Source of the DNA: an uncultured Methanomicrobiales archaeon | GTDB taxonomy: Archaea > Halobacteriota > Methanomicrobia > Methanomicrobiales > Methanospirillaceae | Assembly: GCA_963758915.1 (NCBI GenBank) | Contig: CAVWXH010000003.1 | Span: 224,001 to 288,000, forward strand | Direction of reading: 5' to 3' | Length of the DNA: 64,000 bases | Shown: positions 1-10,643 of the stretch, one piece after another | Layout: the number at the start of each line of letters is the position of its first letter | How positions within the stretch are numbered: position 1 is the first letter of the stretch | Notes under the pieces: generated by a model | Databases searched by the model: none | The model's input: only the letters and a program-made list of their open reading frames with translations | Told to the model about the DNA's origin: nothing | Position numbers and translations under genes: made by a program

Positions 1-346
1 GCACAGGCTTGACTCCCGGCACATCCATAAGACGTGCATTCCCTGATGAAAGTGCGTTGGCAAATTCTTCAATACCACTGTACGTTGAGTGTTCCCGGAT
101 ATATTCGTCGGTCAGGGGCAGATCTCCGGTAACCCTTCCACGGGTCTCGAGCAGTGTCTTGACCGTTGCCGGGTCAACTTCACCATAGGCAACATAATCT
201 TTGACCTTCCTGATCATACCAAGATTTTCCGGGGTATCGGGAACCAGTACACAGTGATTGATGTGGTGGAGCCGCAACATTTTGAGCGTATCCTTGATAT
301 CACGCCGCACGTTTACCACTCCACGCACCTGTACAATACCGTACAT
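1..346 (-). CDS. rpl30: 50S ribosomal protein L30 (uL30), 3' end runs off window
   Basis: Hand-translated from ATG at 346 (overlaps rps5 TAA): [56 protein letters not shown]..., open to window edge; expected position after rps5. Confidence 0.95.
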   Translation of the reverse strand, partial: MYGIVQVRGVVNVRRDIKDTLKMLRLHHINHCVLVPDTPENLGMIRKVKDYVAYGEVDPATVKTLLETRGRVTGDLPLTDEYIREHSTYSGIEEFANALSSGNARLMDVPGVKPV

Positions 347-963
347 TACTGTGCTCCCCCCGTCCGGGTCATATTGGTAGCTTTCAGTGCATTGAACGTG
401 GCCTTGGCGAAATTGATGGTCGTCCTTGTCTGACCGCGTGAGAACGTCCAGACGTCCCTGATACCTGCAAGTTCCAGCACCTTTTTGGAAACCTCACCAG
501 TAACGAGTCCGATCCCCTGGGGTGCCGGTTTGAGCATCACGAGGACACTGCCAGCCTTGCCTTCCACTTTCATGGGGACAGAGTGGCCGGTCCCGCACCC
601 GCATTCCCAGCTGCCACATCCACGTTTTACTTTTATTACATTGGTCTTTGCATGCACGATTGCTTTCTTGATCGCGTCGCCGACCTGTACATCTTTACCC
701 TGGCCGAACCCGATGTAACCATTCCGGTTACCAACGACAACGACTGCCCTGAATTTGACACGGCGACCGGAGTCGGTCATTCGCTGCACCATCTGGATAT
801 CCAGCACCTCGTCTTCGAGATCGGGCAGGAACGCATCTACGATCTGCGGCTCCTTGATAGGCCTCCCGCTCTCGAGGACCTGGTCGATGCTGGTGATTTC
901 CCCGGCAGCGACCTGTCTTCCGAGACCGGTAAGAGGTACCCATTCGACTTTTTCGTAAGCCAT
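346..963 (-). CDS. rps5: 30S ribosomal protein S5
   Basis: [24 protein letters not shown] and [10 protein letters not shown] motifs; spc operon order. Confidence 0.97.
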   Translation of the reverse strand: MAYEKVEWVPLTGLGRQVAAGEITSIDQVLESGRPIKEPQIVDAFLPDLEDEVLDIQMVQRMTDSGRRVKFRAVVVVGNRNGYIGFGQGKDVQVGDAIKKAIVHAKTNVIKVKRGCGSWECGCGTGHSVPMKVEGKAGSVLVMLKPAPQGIGLVTGEVSKKVLELAGIRDVWTFSRGQTRTTINFAKATFNALKATNMTRTGGAQ

Positions 964-964
964 G

Positions 965-1492
965 TTATTCCAGCTCCTTCATAATGGCGTCCATCGTCAT
1001 TTCCACGTTCTCGACCAGGCCTTTTGCCCGGTCAGGGGCAAATTTCTCAATATGCCCGCCTTTTAGTCTTTCCTCGGCAGGAATAATTGATTCGCCGAAC
1101 GGAACATCGAGACCCGCATCTACTGCCCCTTTAAGGGCTGCAAATACACGGGCACCAAATGTTGCCCTGTTAAGTCCGATGTCAAGGACGGCGGCAGACT
1201 GGTCCAGGTTCAGTGCCCGCACCGCGAACAGTACCCCAGTGAGGTATGCTGCCGGCGTGTTTGAGAGCGACCCTGTGTACCCATACCGGACGAGGTCCTT
1301 CGAGTTCGCGGAGACCAGCGTAAAGTCCCCTTCCATCCCTGCAGTTACCATCTGGACAATGATATGGGTGTTCGTCTTCCGAACGACCATCCTTGGCCTG
1401 TCAGCTACCACGAGGTGCGTCCTCTTGTAGTAATCTGTCTTGCCCTCCCTTCTCCGCCGGAAAGGGACAAAGTATCTCGGTCCTGTTGCCAT
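965..1492 (-). CDS. rpl18: 50S ribosomal protein L18 (uL18)
   Basis: [21 protein letters not shown] archaeal uL18 N-terminus. Confidence 0.97.
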   Translation of the reverse strand: MATGPRYFVPFRRRREGKTDYYKRTHLVVADRPRMVVRKTNTHIIVQMVTAGMEGDFTLVSANSKDLVRYGYTGSLSNTPAAYLTGVLFAVRALNLDQSAAVLDIGLNRATFGARVFAALKGAVDAGLDVPFGESIIPAEERLKGGHIEKFAPDRAKGLVENVEMTMDAIMKELE

Positions 1493-1945
1493 TTACTTCA
1501 ACCTCCCGGTCATTATCTCAAGCTGGGCTTTTAAGTGCGCTACGCTCCTGAACTGGCCTCCTGCGGCCTTCCGGTACATAAGCCTGTACACATGGGTGTC
1601 AACAGATCCTGTTGCACGGAGTTCACGGAGACTCTTTCGTATGGCACGGATCTTCTGCATCCACTGGTATTTACGGGGGTGCCTCGCACCTGCTGCACCT
1701 TTCCGTCTCCCAGGGCCTTTACAGTGCCCGTATGATCTCTTCGCTTCAAGCAGGCGGGCCCTTCCACGACTTACGCCTTTCTTCTGCTCGGCCTTAACGG
1801 CACCTTCACTGATAAGACCACGGAGGTCTTCGCGTGATATTGCATTCTGGATATCGGTGCTCCGCTCAGGGTCAAACCATACCCGGTGGACACCGCATTT
1901 CAGGATCGCTGCGGACATCCGTTTCTGGTTGGTGAGATCAGTCAT
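1493..1945 (-). CDS. rpl19e: 50S ribosomal protein L19e
   Basis: MTDLTNQKRMSAAILKCGVHRVWFDP...GPGRRKG; start moved to ATG 1945. Confidence 0.96.
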   Translation of the reverse strand: MTDLTNQKRMSAAILKCGVHRVWFDPERSTDIQNAISREDLRGLISEGAVKAEQKKGVSRGRARLLEAKRSYGHCKGPGRRKGAAGARHPRKYQWMQKIRAIRKSLRELRATGSVDTHVYRLMYRKAAGGQFRSVAHLKAQLEIMTGRLK

Positions 1946-2369
1946 TGGAGGACACCTCCTCATCCGGTGCAGTGGCACCGGCTGCCACAGCCCTGGCCTT
2001 TCCCGGGTTTAATACTTTTAATCCTGCTGAATTTGCTTTTTCGAGGATTATTGCCCGCTTTCTGCCACCCACTGATGCACCAATCCGGATTGCATAACAG
2101 GCCGGGTCGATGCCGGTGAGCTCGTCAGGGGTAAAGACCCGGACTTCAAGGAAACCGCTCGGGTGCATGCCCCTAACAAGGACCGGACTTCCATATCCAG
2201 GAGTCGGGTGTGCACCTTTTGCTTTCTTCTGCCTCCGCTGTTTGTTGTGAAGCCCACGCGGCCTTCTCCACGAATCTGATATCTGGGGTTTCTTGCCGAA
2301 CCCGTCCCGGCGGAACTTCGCACTTTTATCTGCCCGGGTCCGGATCAACCTCTTCTTCTCGTTGACCAT
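1938..2369 (-). CDS. rpl32e: 50S ribosomal protein L32e
   Basis: SWRRPRGLHNKQRR and GYGSP...RGMHPSG motifs. Confidence 0.96.
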   Translation of the reverse strand: MVNEKKRLIRTRADKSAKFRRDGFGKKPQISDSWRRPRGLHNKQRRQKKAKGAHPTPGYGSPVLVRGMHPSGFLEVRVFTPDELTGIDPACYAIRIGASVGGRKRAIILEKANSAGLKVLNPGKARAVAAGATAPDEEVSSND

Positions 2370-2372
2370 TAT

Positions 2373-2897
2373 CTACACCTTCCGTGTTGTATAAATGCCA
2401 TCCTGGAAAACACGGGGGTCCCGATCTTTTATCTTCGTGGCAATTTCTATGTTCGCAGCGGTGGTCCCGACAGATTCCTTGTTGATCCCACTGATTACAA
2501 CTTCATCAGTGCTCACTTTAGCGGTGACTCCCTTTTCAATCCTCGCGTACCGGGCCTTTTTCTCGCCAAGGAAATTGGCGATCTCAAGTTTTTCACCCTG
2601 TAATTTGAGCTGGATCGGGAAGTGACTGTATACCACTTTCATGTGGTATTCGTATCCGTCTGTTACGCCGATGCACATGTTCTTTACATGGGCGGCAAGG
2701 GTGCCGACCATTGCGATGTTCGCCTTCCTGCCTGAGTCTGTTGAAATGATTACTTCGCTCTCATCACAGGTGACGGAGATCTGCGGGTGCCGGATATTGC
2801 GCTCCTGCTGGCCTTTAGGACCTGTTACGCGAATATAGACGCCATCTATCTGGCATTTCACACCGGCAGGCACCTTATACTTTCTCACTGTCGTCAT
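2373..2897 (-). CDS. rpl6: 50S ribosomal protein L6
   Basis: VYSHFPI, NFLGEK, DPRVFQDGIY motifs. Confidence 0.97.
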   Translation of the reverse strand: MTTVRKYKVPAGVKCQIDGVYIRVTGPKGQQERNIRHPQISVTCDESEVIISTDSGRKANIAMVGTLAAHVKNMCIGVTDGYEYHMKVVYSHFPIQLKLQGEKLEIANFLGEKKARYARIEKGVTAKVSTDEVVISGINKESVGTTAANIEIATKIKDRDPRVFQDGIYTTRKV

Positions 2898-2906
2898 CTG
2901 CGCACC

Positions 2907-3299
2907 TCAATAGACATATCCAAGCAGCTCCCCGCCAATGCCTAGTTTTCTCGCCTGCTCATGAGACATCACACCACGTGAGGTCGAGATAATGAGCATC
3001 CCGAAGTTCTTGGCTGGCAGGAACTGCTCCTCAAAGTATTCCAATTCATCGAGCTGAACTGAGTATCTCGGGCAGATTGCACCGCATTTGTTTATACGGC
3101 CGTTTAAGTGTACCACGAACTGGCCACCCCGCCCATCGTCGATATAATCGAATCCGGTGAGATAGCCTGAGTCCTGCATAATCCGGAACATTGACCCGAG
3201 CAGCTTGCTCGCTGGTTCTATGACGCATTCGGGTCTCCCCTTGTCGGCTGCATTTTTCAGGGTGCTCATACCATCTGCAATTGGGTTAAGTCTTGACAT
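2907..3299 (-). CDS. rps8: 30S ribosomal protein S8
   Basis: [27 protein letters not shown] motifs. Confidence 0.97.
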   Translation of the reverse strand: MSRLNPIADGMSTLKNAADKGRPECVIEPASKLLGSMFRIMQDSGYLTGFDYIDDGRGGQFVVHLNGRINKCGAICPRYSVQLDELEYFEEQFLPAKNFGMLIISTSRGVMSHEQARKLGIGGELLGYVY

Positions 3300-3311
3300 T
3301 GTATGATCACC

Positions 3312-3467
3312 TCAGTTCATCTTCTTGAAGCCCATCTTCGGGGCCCATTCCCGGAAGCACTGCCTGCAGAACATGATGTGGTAACGGCGGACAAGCCCCT
3401 GCTTGCGCCCGCACATCTTGCACTCGTTTGCACCGCGACCGAATTTTTTCGTGCGTTCTCCAGCCAT
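3312..3467 (-). CDS. rps14: 30S ribosomal protein S14 (Zn-finger type), absent from ORF track
   Basis: Hand translation [51 protein letters not shown]; CxxC...CRQCFRE; alternative ATG at 3473. Confidence 0.95.
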   Translation of the reverse strand: MAGERTKKFGRGANECKMCGRKQGLVRRYHIMFCRQCFREWAPKMGFKKMN

Positions 3468-3469
3468 GA

Positions 3470-4000
3470 TCATACCTCCACCTTGTACCGGGTCTTCAGG
3501 AACGCTATCGAATCTGCGACATTTACGTGCTGTTTTTCCGGCAGCTTTTTCTGTTCATGGTGTCGCCTGCTGATCCTGAGACCTTTTCTTGCAAGGACGA
3601 CATTGATGTCCATACCATAGATACCGATTTGCGGGTCATATGACATCCCAGGGAAATCAGTGTGTTCTTCAATCCCGAATGAGAAATTACCCCGGCGGTC
3701 AAACTGCGTCGGAGCAATCTTCCGCTCAATGATGTTGAGCGATGTCTCAAGGAATGCCTTCGCTTTCGGCCCGCGAAGAGTGACACGGCACCCTATGGGG
3801 GCCCCTTTCCTGATCCCGAAGGCAGGCTGTGTCTTCTTTGCAATGCTCCTGACCGGCGTATTCCCGGTAATCGTCTTCATGATATCGATCGCCTTTGAGA
3901 GCTTTTCTCCGCTCTCCCCGACACCCATGTGGACCACTACTTTATCGATATCCAGCTGATGCATCGGGTTCTCGATATCGGTCTCGTTCTTTGGGTTCAT
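3470..4000 (-). CDS. rpl5: 50S ribosomal protein L5
   Basis: [33 protein letters not shown] motifs. Confidence 0.97.
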   Translation of the reverse strand: MNPKNETDIENPMHQLDIDKVVVHMGVGESGEKLSKAIDIMKTITGNTPVRSIAKKTQPAFGIRKGAPIGCRVTLRGPKAKAFLETSLNIIERKIAPTQFDRRGNFSFGIEEHTDFPGMSYDPQIGIYGMDINVVLARKGLRISRRHHEQKKLPEKQHVNVADSIAFLKTRYKVEV

Positions 4001-4722
4001 CCTTCAATCCCCCATTCAGCAAGTGCGGGTGTTTCACGGCCTACCATGTACACAAAGGTCTCCACAGTTTCGAAGTGCTCCTTTGTCTTCTCATCCTCGA
4101 GTTGGACACGGTTGGTAACGCTGCCTGGCACGACGGTGATGGCCTTAATGCGGGCTATTTTACCCGAGTGCCGCCCACCGATCACCATTGCCATGTTGCC
4201 AATGGCATAGGGGAAGTGGTCAACAATTTTAAACCTGCTCTCCGGGTCAATTGAGAGGACAACTGAATCCTTTGGCTTGTAGGTATTGTCCCCGAGAATG
4301 TTCGAGCCGTCACGCATGTTGAGCTGTATTTTTCCGTCTGATACCACGGTCTTGTTGCTGATCTTGCAGAGGCGGGTCTTCGCGGCCTCGATATCGATCT
4401 CGATCGTCTTGTGACGGCCGTTCTTGTCGCGGAGTATCCTGTAGTATTTATTGATCTTTGGCAGCGAGACAATATCGAAGATGCCAATTCCCATCTTCGG
4501 GTCTCTGCAGGCACGCCCGTTGACAATTACATCACGCTGGTGAAGGATCTGCTTGACTTCCTTCATGTTCCGTGCGAGTCCCATCTGGTCACGGAGCCAG
4601 ACTGCTACCGGGAGTGCATTTGCATTGTGCGGACCCGGGGCTGTCTTCGTAATGAACTTGTTTGTTTTCTTGGATATGTGCCACGAATCCGGTGCCTTGA
4701 ACCGCTTCAGGTGTTCTGACAT
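3997..4722 (-). CDS. rps4e: 30S ribosomal protein S4e
   Basis: HLKRFKAPDSW...PGPH N-terminus, S4 and KOW-like regions. Confidence 0.97.
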   Translation of the reverse strand: MSEHLKRFKAPDSWHISKKTNKFITKTAPGPHNANALPVAVWLRDQMGLARNMKEVKQILHQRDVIVNGRACRDPKMGIGIFDIVSLPKINKYYRILRDKNGRHKTIEIDIEAAKTRLCKISNKTVVSDGKIQLNMRDGSNILGDNTYKPKDSVVLSIDPESRFKIVDHFPYAIGNMAMVIGGRHSGKIARIKAITVVPGSVTNRVQLEDEKTKEHFETVETFVYMVGRETPALAEWGIEG

Positions 4723-5090
4723 TATTCATTACCTCCGGCAAGTTTCATTTCCCTCTTCGGGTCTTCCAGGTTGAGCTTGACAATCTGGACATTTGAAGGG
4801 TCCACCGGCCTTGGAACTTCCGTTCCATCAGCCTTCGTCCCGGTAACGCCGTGCACCCAGATCTTATAGTTCTTGGTGCAGACTTTATCGACAAGTCCTT
4901 CCGTTCCTGCAGAGTTGCCCCGGGTCATTTTGACGGTGTCACCCATGACGACACGGAAACTTCTCCGCTTATATTGCTCCCGGAGGGGTTTTGCAAGCGG
5001 TGCCCTGAGGAAATCCCCGCGGACATGTGCAGGTGCATTGTACCTGATTTTTCTTTGTTTCCTTGGTTGTGAGCTGATTATTCGTACCAT
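4722..5090 (-). CDS. rpl24: 50S ribosomal protein L24 (uL24)
   Basis: SSQPRKQRK...APAH, KOW GDTV, PSNV motifs; ATG 5090 preceded by GAGGTG. Confidence 0.96.
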   Translation of the reverse strand: MVRIISSQPRKQRKIRYNAPAHVRGDFLRAPLAKPLREQYKRRSFRVVMGDTVKMTRGNSAGTEGLVDKVCTKNYKIWVHGVTGTKADGTEVPRPVDPSNVQIVKLNLEDPKREMKLAGGNE

Positions 5091-5098
5091 GATGCACC

Positions 5099-5497
5099 TC
5101 ACACAATGATAGTCGCCATGGAACCCAGTTTGGGGAACCGCTCAGCCACTTCACGGGCGACCGGCCCTTTTATCTCTGTTCCGCGTGGTTCATTCTTCTC
5201 ATCGACGACCACGATGGCATTGTCATCAAACGAGACACGTAGCCCGCTTGGCCTTCTTATTTCCTTTCTCTGCCTGATTACTACTGCACGCACAAGTTTC
5301 CTGCGCATATCAGGAGTACCTTTCTTGACGCTCACTGTTGCGAGATCGCCCAGGCCCATTTTCGGCTGTCTGCGACGTACACCGTGGTACCCGAACACAG
5401 AAACTATCTGGACTTCACGGGCGCCGGTATTGTCAGCACATGTGAGCCGTGTCCCGGTTGCGAGTGCCCGCGGGGTCTTTGACTGTTTTGCCTTCAT
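5099..5497 (-). CDS. rpl14: 50S ribosomal protein L14
   Basis: [24 protein letters not shown] motifs; start ATG 5497 overlaps rps17 stop. Confidence 0.97.
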   Translation of the reverse strand: MKAKQSKTPRALATGTRLTCADNTGAREVQIVSVFGYHGVRRRQPKMGLGDLATVSVKKGTPDMRRKLVRAVVIRQRKEIRRPSGLRVSFDDNAIVVVDEKNEPRGTEIKGPVAREVAERFPKLGSMATIIV

Positions 5498-5820
5498 GAT
5501 GCCTGCACCTCGACGACGACGAATGTGGTGGTCTTGGAGAGCGGCCTGCACTCGGCGATCCTTACGGTATCGCCGGTCTTTGCCTGTATACAGGGGGAAT
5601 TATGTGCATGGAGCTTTGAACTGCGTTTTTCATAACGCTTGTATTTCCTCACATAATGCAGGTACTGGCGTTCTACCACTACCGTCCCCATCATACGATC
5701 GCTCACGACCTTGCCAGTGATCACCTGGCCGCGCACAGACAAAGTGCCGTGAAACGGACAATTAACGTCACTACAAACCTCTTTTGGCTGTGGGACGTTT
5801 AATCCTATGTTGTTTGCCAT
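5494..5820 (-). CDS. rps17: 30S ribosomal protein S17
   Basis: [24 protein letters not shown] motifs. Confidence 0.97.
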   Translation of the reverse strand: MANNIGLNVPQPKEVCSDVNCPFHGTLSVRGQVITGKVVSDRMMGTVVVERQYLHYVRKYKRYEKRSSKLHAHNSPCIQAKTGDTVRIAECRPLSKTTTFVVVEVQAS

Positions 5821-5829
5821 ATCGAACCT

Positions 5830-6105
5830 CTATATTTTCTTATGCAGATTGAGCCGTTTTTCTGGTGCCATGACCAGTACTGAACCCTGTACATCAACCA
5901 GTGTCCCGTCAGGAAGTGTGAGCCTGAACACGCCGGTATTCTTCTGGATCCGTTTTATTCCGGACCCCGTGCGAATAATCAGCATGTTTTTTGTCTCATC
6001 CACGATCTGTCCCGTAACACCCTGGTAGGTAGGGTTGCTGGCATGCACCACCAGAACGTCAAGGCCTATCAATTCATGGCGAATGACGTTCCGGGGCACT
6101 ATCAT
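5830..6105 (-). CDS. rnp1: Ribonuclease P protein component 1 (Rpp29/Pop4)
   Basis: HELIGL...GQIVDETKNML motif; canonical position between rpl29 and rps17. Confidence 0.93.
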   Translation of the reverse strand: MIVPRNVIRHELIGLDVLVVHASNPTYQGVTGQIVDETKNMLIIRTGSGIKRIQKNTGVFRLTLPDGTLVDVQGSVLVMAPEKRLNLHKKI

Positions 6106-6305
6106 ACAGTTCTCCTGTGGTTTATCTCAGTCATCATTCGGGCGACAGTCCTGCGGAGCTCTTTTATACGCCCCGCGTTTTCTGTTGCACCCCCGGCACT
6201 GACTTTTCCGTAGTGTTGGATCAGCTCCAGCCGGATCTTGCTCATCTGTTCCTGTAACTCGACATCAGAGAGCTGCCGGACATCCTTCGCACGGAGAATT
6301 GCCAT
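6102..6305 (-). CDS. rpl29: 50S ribosomal protein L29
   Basis: MAILRAKDVR...ENAGRIKELRRTVAR. Confidence 0.95.
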   Translation of the reverse strand: MAILRAKDVRQLSDVELQEQMSKIRLELIQHYGKVSAGGATENAGRIKELRRTVARMMTEINHRRTV

Positions 6306-7010
6306 TTACTGCTCCTCCTGGAACTCTTCTTCTCCCATGGAGAGGTCAATGTCTTCGTCGATCTCCTCACCTACATCAGTAACAACAATTTCGGGCTTCC
6401 TTGGAGCCCTTGCTGGTGCCGCTGTCATAGTCCAGTGGTCAGGGAGCACGGCATCAGGCGGGATGATCCTGACCTGGACACCGATGGTCCCGAGTTTCTT
6501 GATTGCTACCGCGTAGCCGGTCTCGACAATCGTGATTGCGGGCTCGCCACAGTGCTTGATATACCCTTCGACGAACTTCTGGGTCCTGGCACGTGCACCG
6601 GTGAGTTTTCCGGCAATAATGACTTCGCAACCAAGGGCTCCCGAGTCCATGACCCTCCTGATGATGCTTGAGCCGGCTTTCCTGAAGTACCAGCCCCTTT
6701 CAAGGGCATTTGCAAGTCTCTCTGCCATGATCTTGGCATTGAAACTTGGGTTCTGGACCTGCTGTACCTCAATCTGGGGTGACTCAACACCGAAGGTGGT
6801 GGCAAGGTCCTGTGTCAGCTGGCGTACAAGTTTTCCGCCCTTACCGATAACGATCCCCGGCTTTTCCGCGAAAATCGTTACCTGGGTACCGAGTGGTGTC
6901 CGGACGAGGTCCATACCACCGTAACCGGCACGCTTGAGCTCCTTAACAAGGTGCTTCTCGACCCTGGCCCTGCGAACGCCTTCTGCAACAAACTTTCTCT
7001 CTACTGCCAT
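6306..7010 (-). CDS. rps3: 30S ribosomal protein S3
   Basis: KH domain KPGIVIGKGG; GALGCEV...GKLTGARAR. Confidence 0.97.
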   Translation of the reverse strand: MAVERKFVAEGVRRARVEKHLVKELKRAGYGGMDLVRTPLGTQVTIFAEKPGIVIGKGGKLVRQLTQDLATTFGVESPQIEVQQVQNPSFNAKIMAERLANALERGWYFRKAGSSIIRRVMDSGALGCEVIIAGKLTGARARTQKFVEGYIKHCGEPAITIVETGYAVAIKKLGTIGVQVRIIPPDAVLPDHWTMTAAPARAPRKPEIVVTDVGEEIDEDIDLSMGEEEFQEEQ

Positions 7011-7472
7011 TCATTCCACCTCTTTTGCAACTATCTCGATGTTGACGGTTTCCCTTCTTTTCGGGGTTGCCCGGCCCATTGCACGAGGGAAGAATGCTTT
7101 CTGTCCACGGCCGCGGTTTGCAGACGCATGGACAATGACGAGTTTCTCAGGGTCAAGCCCGATGTACTCTGCATTTTTCTTCACTGACGAGAGCAGGCGG
7201 ATATACGCAAGGGATGCCTTTTTCGGGTACCGGCCTGCGTCCCAACCCTCGAGACCACGTTTGTGAGCGACATCACGGTTGAACCGCTTGAACGGGATTG
7301 CCTTTTTCTGGGCAACTACCAGGTTCAGGTAATCGATTACATCATCGATATTCCGGTTCCTGATGTAACTTGCAATCTCAATTGAGTGCTTTGGTGAGAT
7401 CGGCAGCTCGTTCGCTTTTCCGCGGGCAATATCGTCCCCGGAAATATCCTGTGAATATGCTATTCTTGCCAT
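7011..7472 (-). CDS. rpl22: 50S ribosomal protein L22
   Basis: [25 protein letters not shown] motifs. Confidence 0.96.
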   Translation of the reverse strand: MARIAYSQDISGDDIARGKANELPISPKHSIEIASYIRNRNIDDVIDYLNLVVAQKKAIPFKRFNRDVAHKRGLEGWDAGRYPKKASLAYIRLLSSVKKNAEYIGLDPEKLVIVHASANRGRGQKAFFPRAMGRATPKRRETVNIEIVAKEVE

Positions 7473-7477
7473 CACGA

Positions 7478-7891
7478 TCACTTCAGCGGGACATATTTAC
7501 TCGACCTGGTAGCACCGATACCGGCACTTCCGTGGGCGACTTTTCTTCGTGTCAATGCAAACTCACCAAGACAATGGAAGACAGATTCAGGCTGGAGTTC
7601 AACTTTCATGAACTCTTTGCCATTGTATACTTCGATCTCCTTTCCAAGCATCTCGGGCATGATAATCATGTCACGCAGGTGAGTCCGGATATTTTCATCA
7701 CCGGCCCTGAACCTGGTAAGGAGGTGCTCCTCACCGCGGCTCAGGCCTCTTTTAATTTTGCGACGGGCGCGGGCTGGCATCACGGGGAGGAGCTCACTGA
7801 TTCCCATTGTCTGGAGTTCCTCGACCCGGAAACCATGATAGGTGAACTCCTCACGCCGCCTCGGTAACCTCTTCTGAGTTTTCTTTGCCAT
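7478..7891 (-). CDS. rps19: 30S ribosomal protein S19
   Basis: [27 protein letters not shown]-terminus. Confidence 0.97.
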   Translation of the reverse strand: MAKKTQKRLPRRREEFTYHGFRVEELQTMGISELLPVMPARARRKIKRGLSRGEEHLLTRFRAGDENIRTHLRDMIIMPEMLGKEIEVYNGKEFMKVELQPESVFHCLGEFALTRRKVAHGSAGIGATRSSKYVPLK

Positions 7892-7901
7892 AATTTACCC
7901 C

Positions 7902-8618
7902 TCACTTCCTCGCGCGGCCGGTCTGCCTCGCCGCAACATGTCCGACCGTCCTTCCCGGGGATGTCCCACGGGCAACAGTCTTCGGACGACCAGGGTGCTG
8001 GTGACCGCCACCACCGAACGGGTGGTCGATGACGTTCATCGCTACACCCCTGACACGAGGCCAGTTCGATGCGGTGTTGGCCATCTTGTGGTATTTATTA
8101 CCCGCCTTCACGAACGGTTTTTCTCCACGGCCACCACCGGCGACAATCCCGACTGTCGCACGACACCGTGAATTGAACCATTTGGTCTTTCCGCTCGGCA
8201 TCTTCACGCCGACCTTGTCTTCAGTCTTATCTACAACAATCGCCTGCACACCACTTGCACGGACAAATTTTCCGCCGTCATTGGGTTTCGCCTCGATATT
8301 GCAGATATATGCTCCAGTCGGGATCCCTGACAGCGGGAGCGTGTTGCCGTTCCTGACTTCAATACCGTCACCCCATGCGACAATATCCCCGATACCGATA
8401 CCTTCTGTGACCAGCATATAGACTTTTTCCCCGCTGTCGAGTTTTACGAGGGCTATGGGGCAGTTCCGTGCCGGATCATGTTCGATGTCAAAGATCGTCC
8501 CGCTTGTGGTCACGTCCACGTTGCCCACATGCTTGAGGGCTGCCTTATACCGGTGTGAAGGTGCCCTGTATGTCGGACCGCCTTTTCCACGGGCCTGGGT
8601 AGTTATTCGATGTCCCAT
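7902..8618 (-). CDS. rpl2: 50S ribosomal protein L2
   Basis: WPRVRGVAMN..DHPFGGG motif. Confidence 0.98.
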   Translation of the reverse strand: MGHRITTQARGKGGPTYRAPSHRYKAALKHVGNVDVTTSGTIFDIEHDPARNCPIALVKLDSGEKVYMLVTEGIGIGDIVAWGDGIEVRNGNTLPLSGIPTGAYICNIEAKPNDGGKFVRASGVQAIVVDKTEDKVGVKMPSGKTKWFNSRCRATVGIVAGGGRGEKPFVKAGNKYHKMANTASNWPRVRGVAMNVIDHPFGGGGHQHPGRPKTVARGTSPGRTVGHVAARQTGRARK

Positions 8619-8627
8619 TTTTCACAC

Positions 8628-8876
8628 CTACATTATTCCTAGCCTGCTGAGGATCTCCTCGGCAGCCTTCTCATTCGCAAAACTTACAATTGCCTTCTTC
8701 TGGCCATGCGTTGTCATTATTGTCCTGACGCTGGTCACTTCCTGTTCGAAGGACTTCTGGATCTCACGCTTGATCTGGTGCTTCGTAGCTTCGTTGGTGA
8801 CAAGGAACTGAAGTTTACTGTCCTTGTCGAGCATCATCATTGCCTTTTCTGTAACAAATGGATATTTCAGAACCAT
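8628..8876 (-). CDS. rpl23: 50S ribosomal protein L23
   Basis: YPFVTEKA...KKAIV motif; operon order. Confidence 0.96.
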   Translation of the reverse strand: MVLKYPFVTEKAMMMLDKDSKLQFLVTNEATKHQIKREIQKSFEQEVTSVRTIMTTHGQKKAIVSFANEKAAEEILSRLGIM

Positions 8877-9623
8877 TTATCTCCCCTCCAGCATCTGAAG
8901 TGCTCCTTCAGTCCAGACCGTCAGACGACCGGCCTGTGAACCCGGTGCCAGGAGTTCGGTGTTGAGCTGGTCAACCGTGACGACATCGACACCTGCGAGG
9001 TTCTTCGCTGCACGAAGCGGCTGGTTTGCTGTTACAATAAGGAGACTCTTTCTCTGTTTGTAACGGCGCCCACGCATCTTACCACGGCCGGCACGTACCT
9101 TCTTGCTCGCCTTCGACCGTTCAATATCTGCATAGACCCCTGCGTTTGTAAGGGCAGTAATGACTTCAGTTACCTTTACGAGCTCCTCAAACCGGTCTTC
9201 CATGACCACGGGGACTTCCCCCTCAAACCTGTGTCCTCGACCCTTGACGAGATCCGGAAGGATGCTTGCGGCAACTGCAGAGCAGAAAGCCTTCTCCTTT
9301 TCCTTCTTGTTGATGAACTTTAACAGGATTTTCTGCACTTTCGGAGGATGTGCTTCACGGCCGCCTTTCGCCTGTGGGACTTTTGCCGCACGTGAACCGT
9401 TCCTGATACGGGGTACATGAGACATCCCCCTGCCACTTCCCCATCCTACTGCGGAAGACCGGATACCGGCATACGGGTGTGTCCCGTGGGGCTGCCTCCG
9501 GGTGCTCTGAAGTGCCATTACGGCCTTTCTGATCAGGTCCGGGCGATATTCTTCCCCGAAGACCCGGGGGAGTGTAATTTCCCGTGAAATCGCGCCATCG
9601 AGTGTTCTAACGTTTGCTTTCAT
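8877..9623 (-). CDS. rpl4: 50S ribosomal protein L4
   Basis: GGREAHPP, RAGRGKMRGRRY, LAPG..GRLTVW motifs. Confidence 0.97.
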   Translation of the reverse strand: MKANVRTLDGAISREITLPRVFGEEYRPDLIRKAVMALQSTRRQPHGTHPYAGIRSSAVGWGSGRGMSHVPRIRNGSRAAKVPQAKGGREAHPPKVQKILLKFINKKEKEKAFCSAVAASILPDLVKGRGHRFEGEVPVVMEDRFEELVKVTEVITALTNAGVYADIERSKASKKVRAGRGKMRGRRYKQRKSLLIVTANQPLRAAKNLAGVDVVTVDQLNTELLAPGSQAGRLTVWTEGALQMLEGR

Positions 9624-9629
9624 CTCTCT

Positions 9630-10643
9630 CTACCCCTGTTTACTCTGGACGCTCATGAACTCGATAACCGGCAGACGTATGTGGTGTTCGCCCTGCCTGA
9701 TTGCCGGCCTGATCCGTATAAGTCTCTTTACCGGGCCGGGAATAGACCCTTTAATCAGAACATACGGGCTTCTCAGAAGTCCGTAATGAAGGAAACCACC
9801 TGCAGGAGTAACATCAGCGGCGTTATCCCCCATTTTCAGGACACGCTTGTTGAACTCGGTACGCTGCTGGTAACCCAACTGGCCCATCTGCGGGACCTGC
9901 CAGCGGATGTGGTGCGGGGTCCACGGGCCAAGAGTACCAACGTGCCGCTTTTTTCCGCCCCGGGAGTGCTTTCTCTTCCTTAACGCGGTACCCCACCTCT
10001 TTACGGCGCCCTGGGTACCTTTCCCCGTGGTGATCGCGGTTATATCGGCATATGCGCCGGGCTGTATGACCTTGTCAAGCGATACTTCCTTTCCAAGGAG
10101 ACCTGTTGCAAACTCATACTGCTGTTCAACAGTCCCGCCTGCCACTTTTGTTTCCATGAGGTCTGGGACCTTCTTCGGAACACCGGTAAGCCCGGCAGGT
10201 ACTGTGTACATCAATGCAAAGATCTCTGTCACCTGTCCGGCTGCAAGGGCGTCAGCAATACATTTTTTTGCCGCTTCGCCGGTGTATTCCTTTGGCAGGT
10301 TGATCCTGCGGCCGAGGTTGCTGTCAAGCTCTTCGGCCCATACTTCACAAAGTGGATGTTTTCCATAGGTATCACGGACATAGGCACGAACCGCGGCAAC
10401 CCTCATGGAAGGAACTTCAATAATGGTAACGGGTACCATTATGTCCTTACCTTCTGTCGGGCTGTTCTTGTGATCGTCCACCATGATAACATGCGTCATT
10501 CCCACTTTGTAACCTGCAAAACTCTGCAGCAGGGGTGCCCCATTATATTGCGGCCATGACTGGTATTTTGGAATCGGGCTCTTTGCACGCTTTCGGGGGC
10601 TGTATGCAAGAGAACCTCTGCGCGGCCTGTTTATTTTTGGCAT
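9630..10643 (-). CDS. rpl3: 50S ribosomal protein L3
   Basis: [33 protein letters not shown] motifs; first gene of operon. Confidence 0.98.
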   Translation of the reverse strand: MPKINRPRRGSLAYSPRKRAKSPIPKYQSWPQYNGAPLLQSFAGYKVGMTHVIMVDDHKNSPTEGKDIMVPVTIIEVPSMRVAAVRAYVRDTYGKHPLCEVWAEELDSNLGRRINLPKEYTGEAAKKCIADALAAGQVTEIFALMYTVPAGLTGVPKKVPDLMETKVAGGTVEQQYEFATGLLGKEVSLDKVIQPGAYADITAITTGKGTQGAVKRWGTALRKRKHSRGGKKRHVGTLGPWTPHHIRWQVPQMGQLGYQQRTEFNKRVLKMGDNAADVTPAGGFLHYGLLRSPYVLIKGSIPGPVKRLIRIRPAIRQGEHHIRLPVIEFMSVQSKQG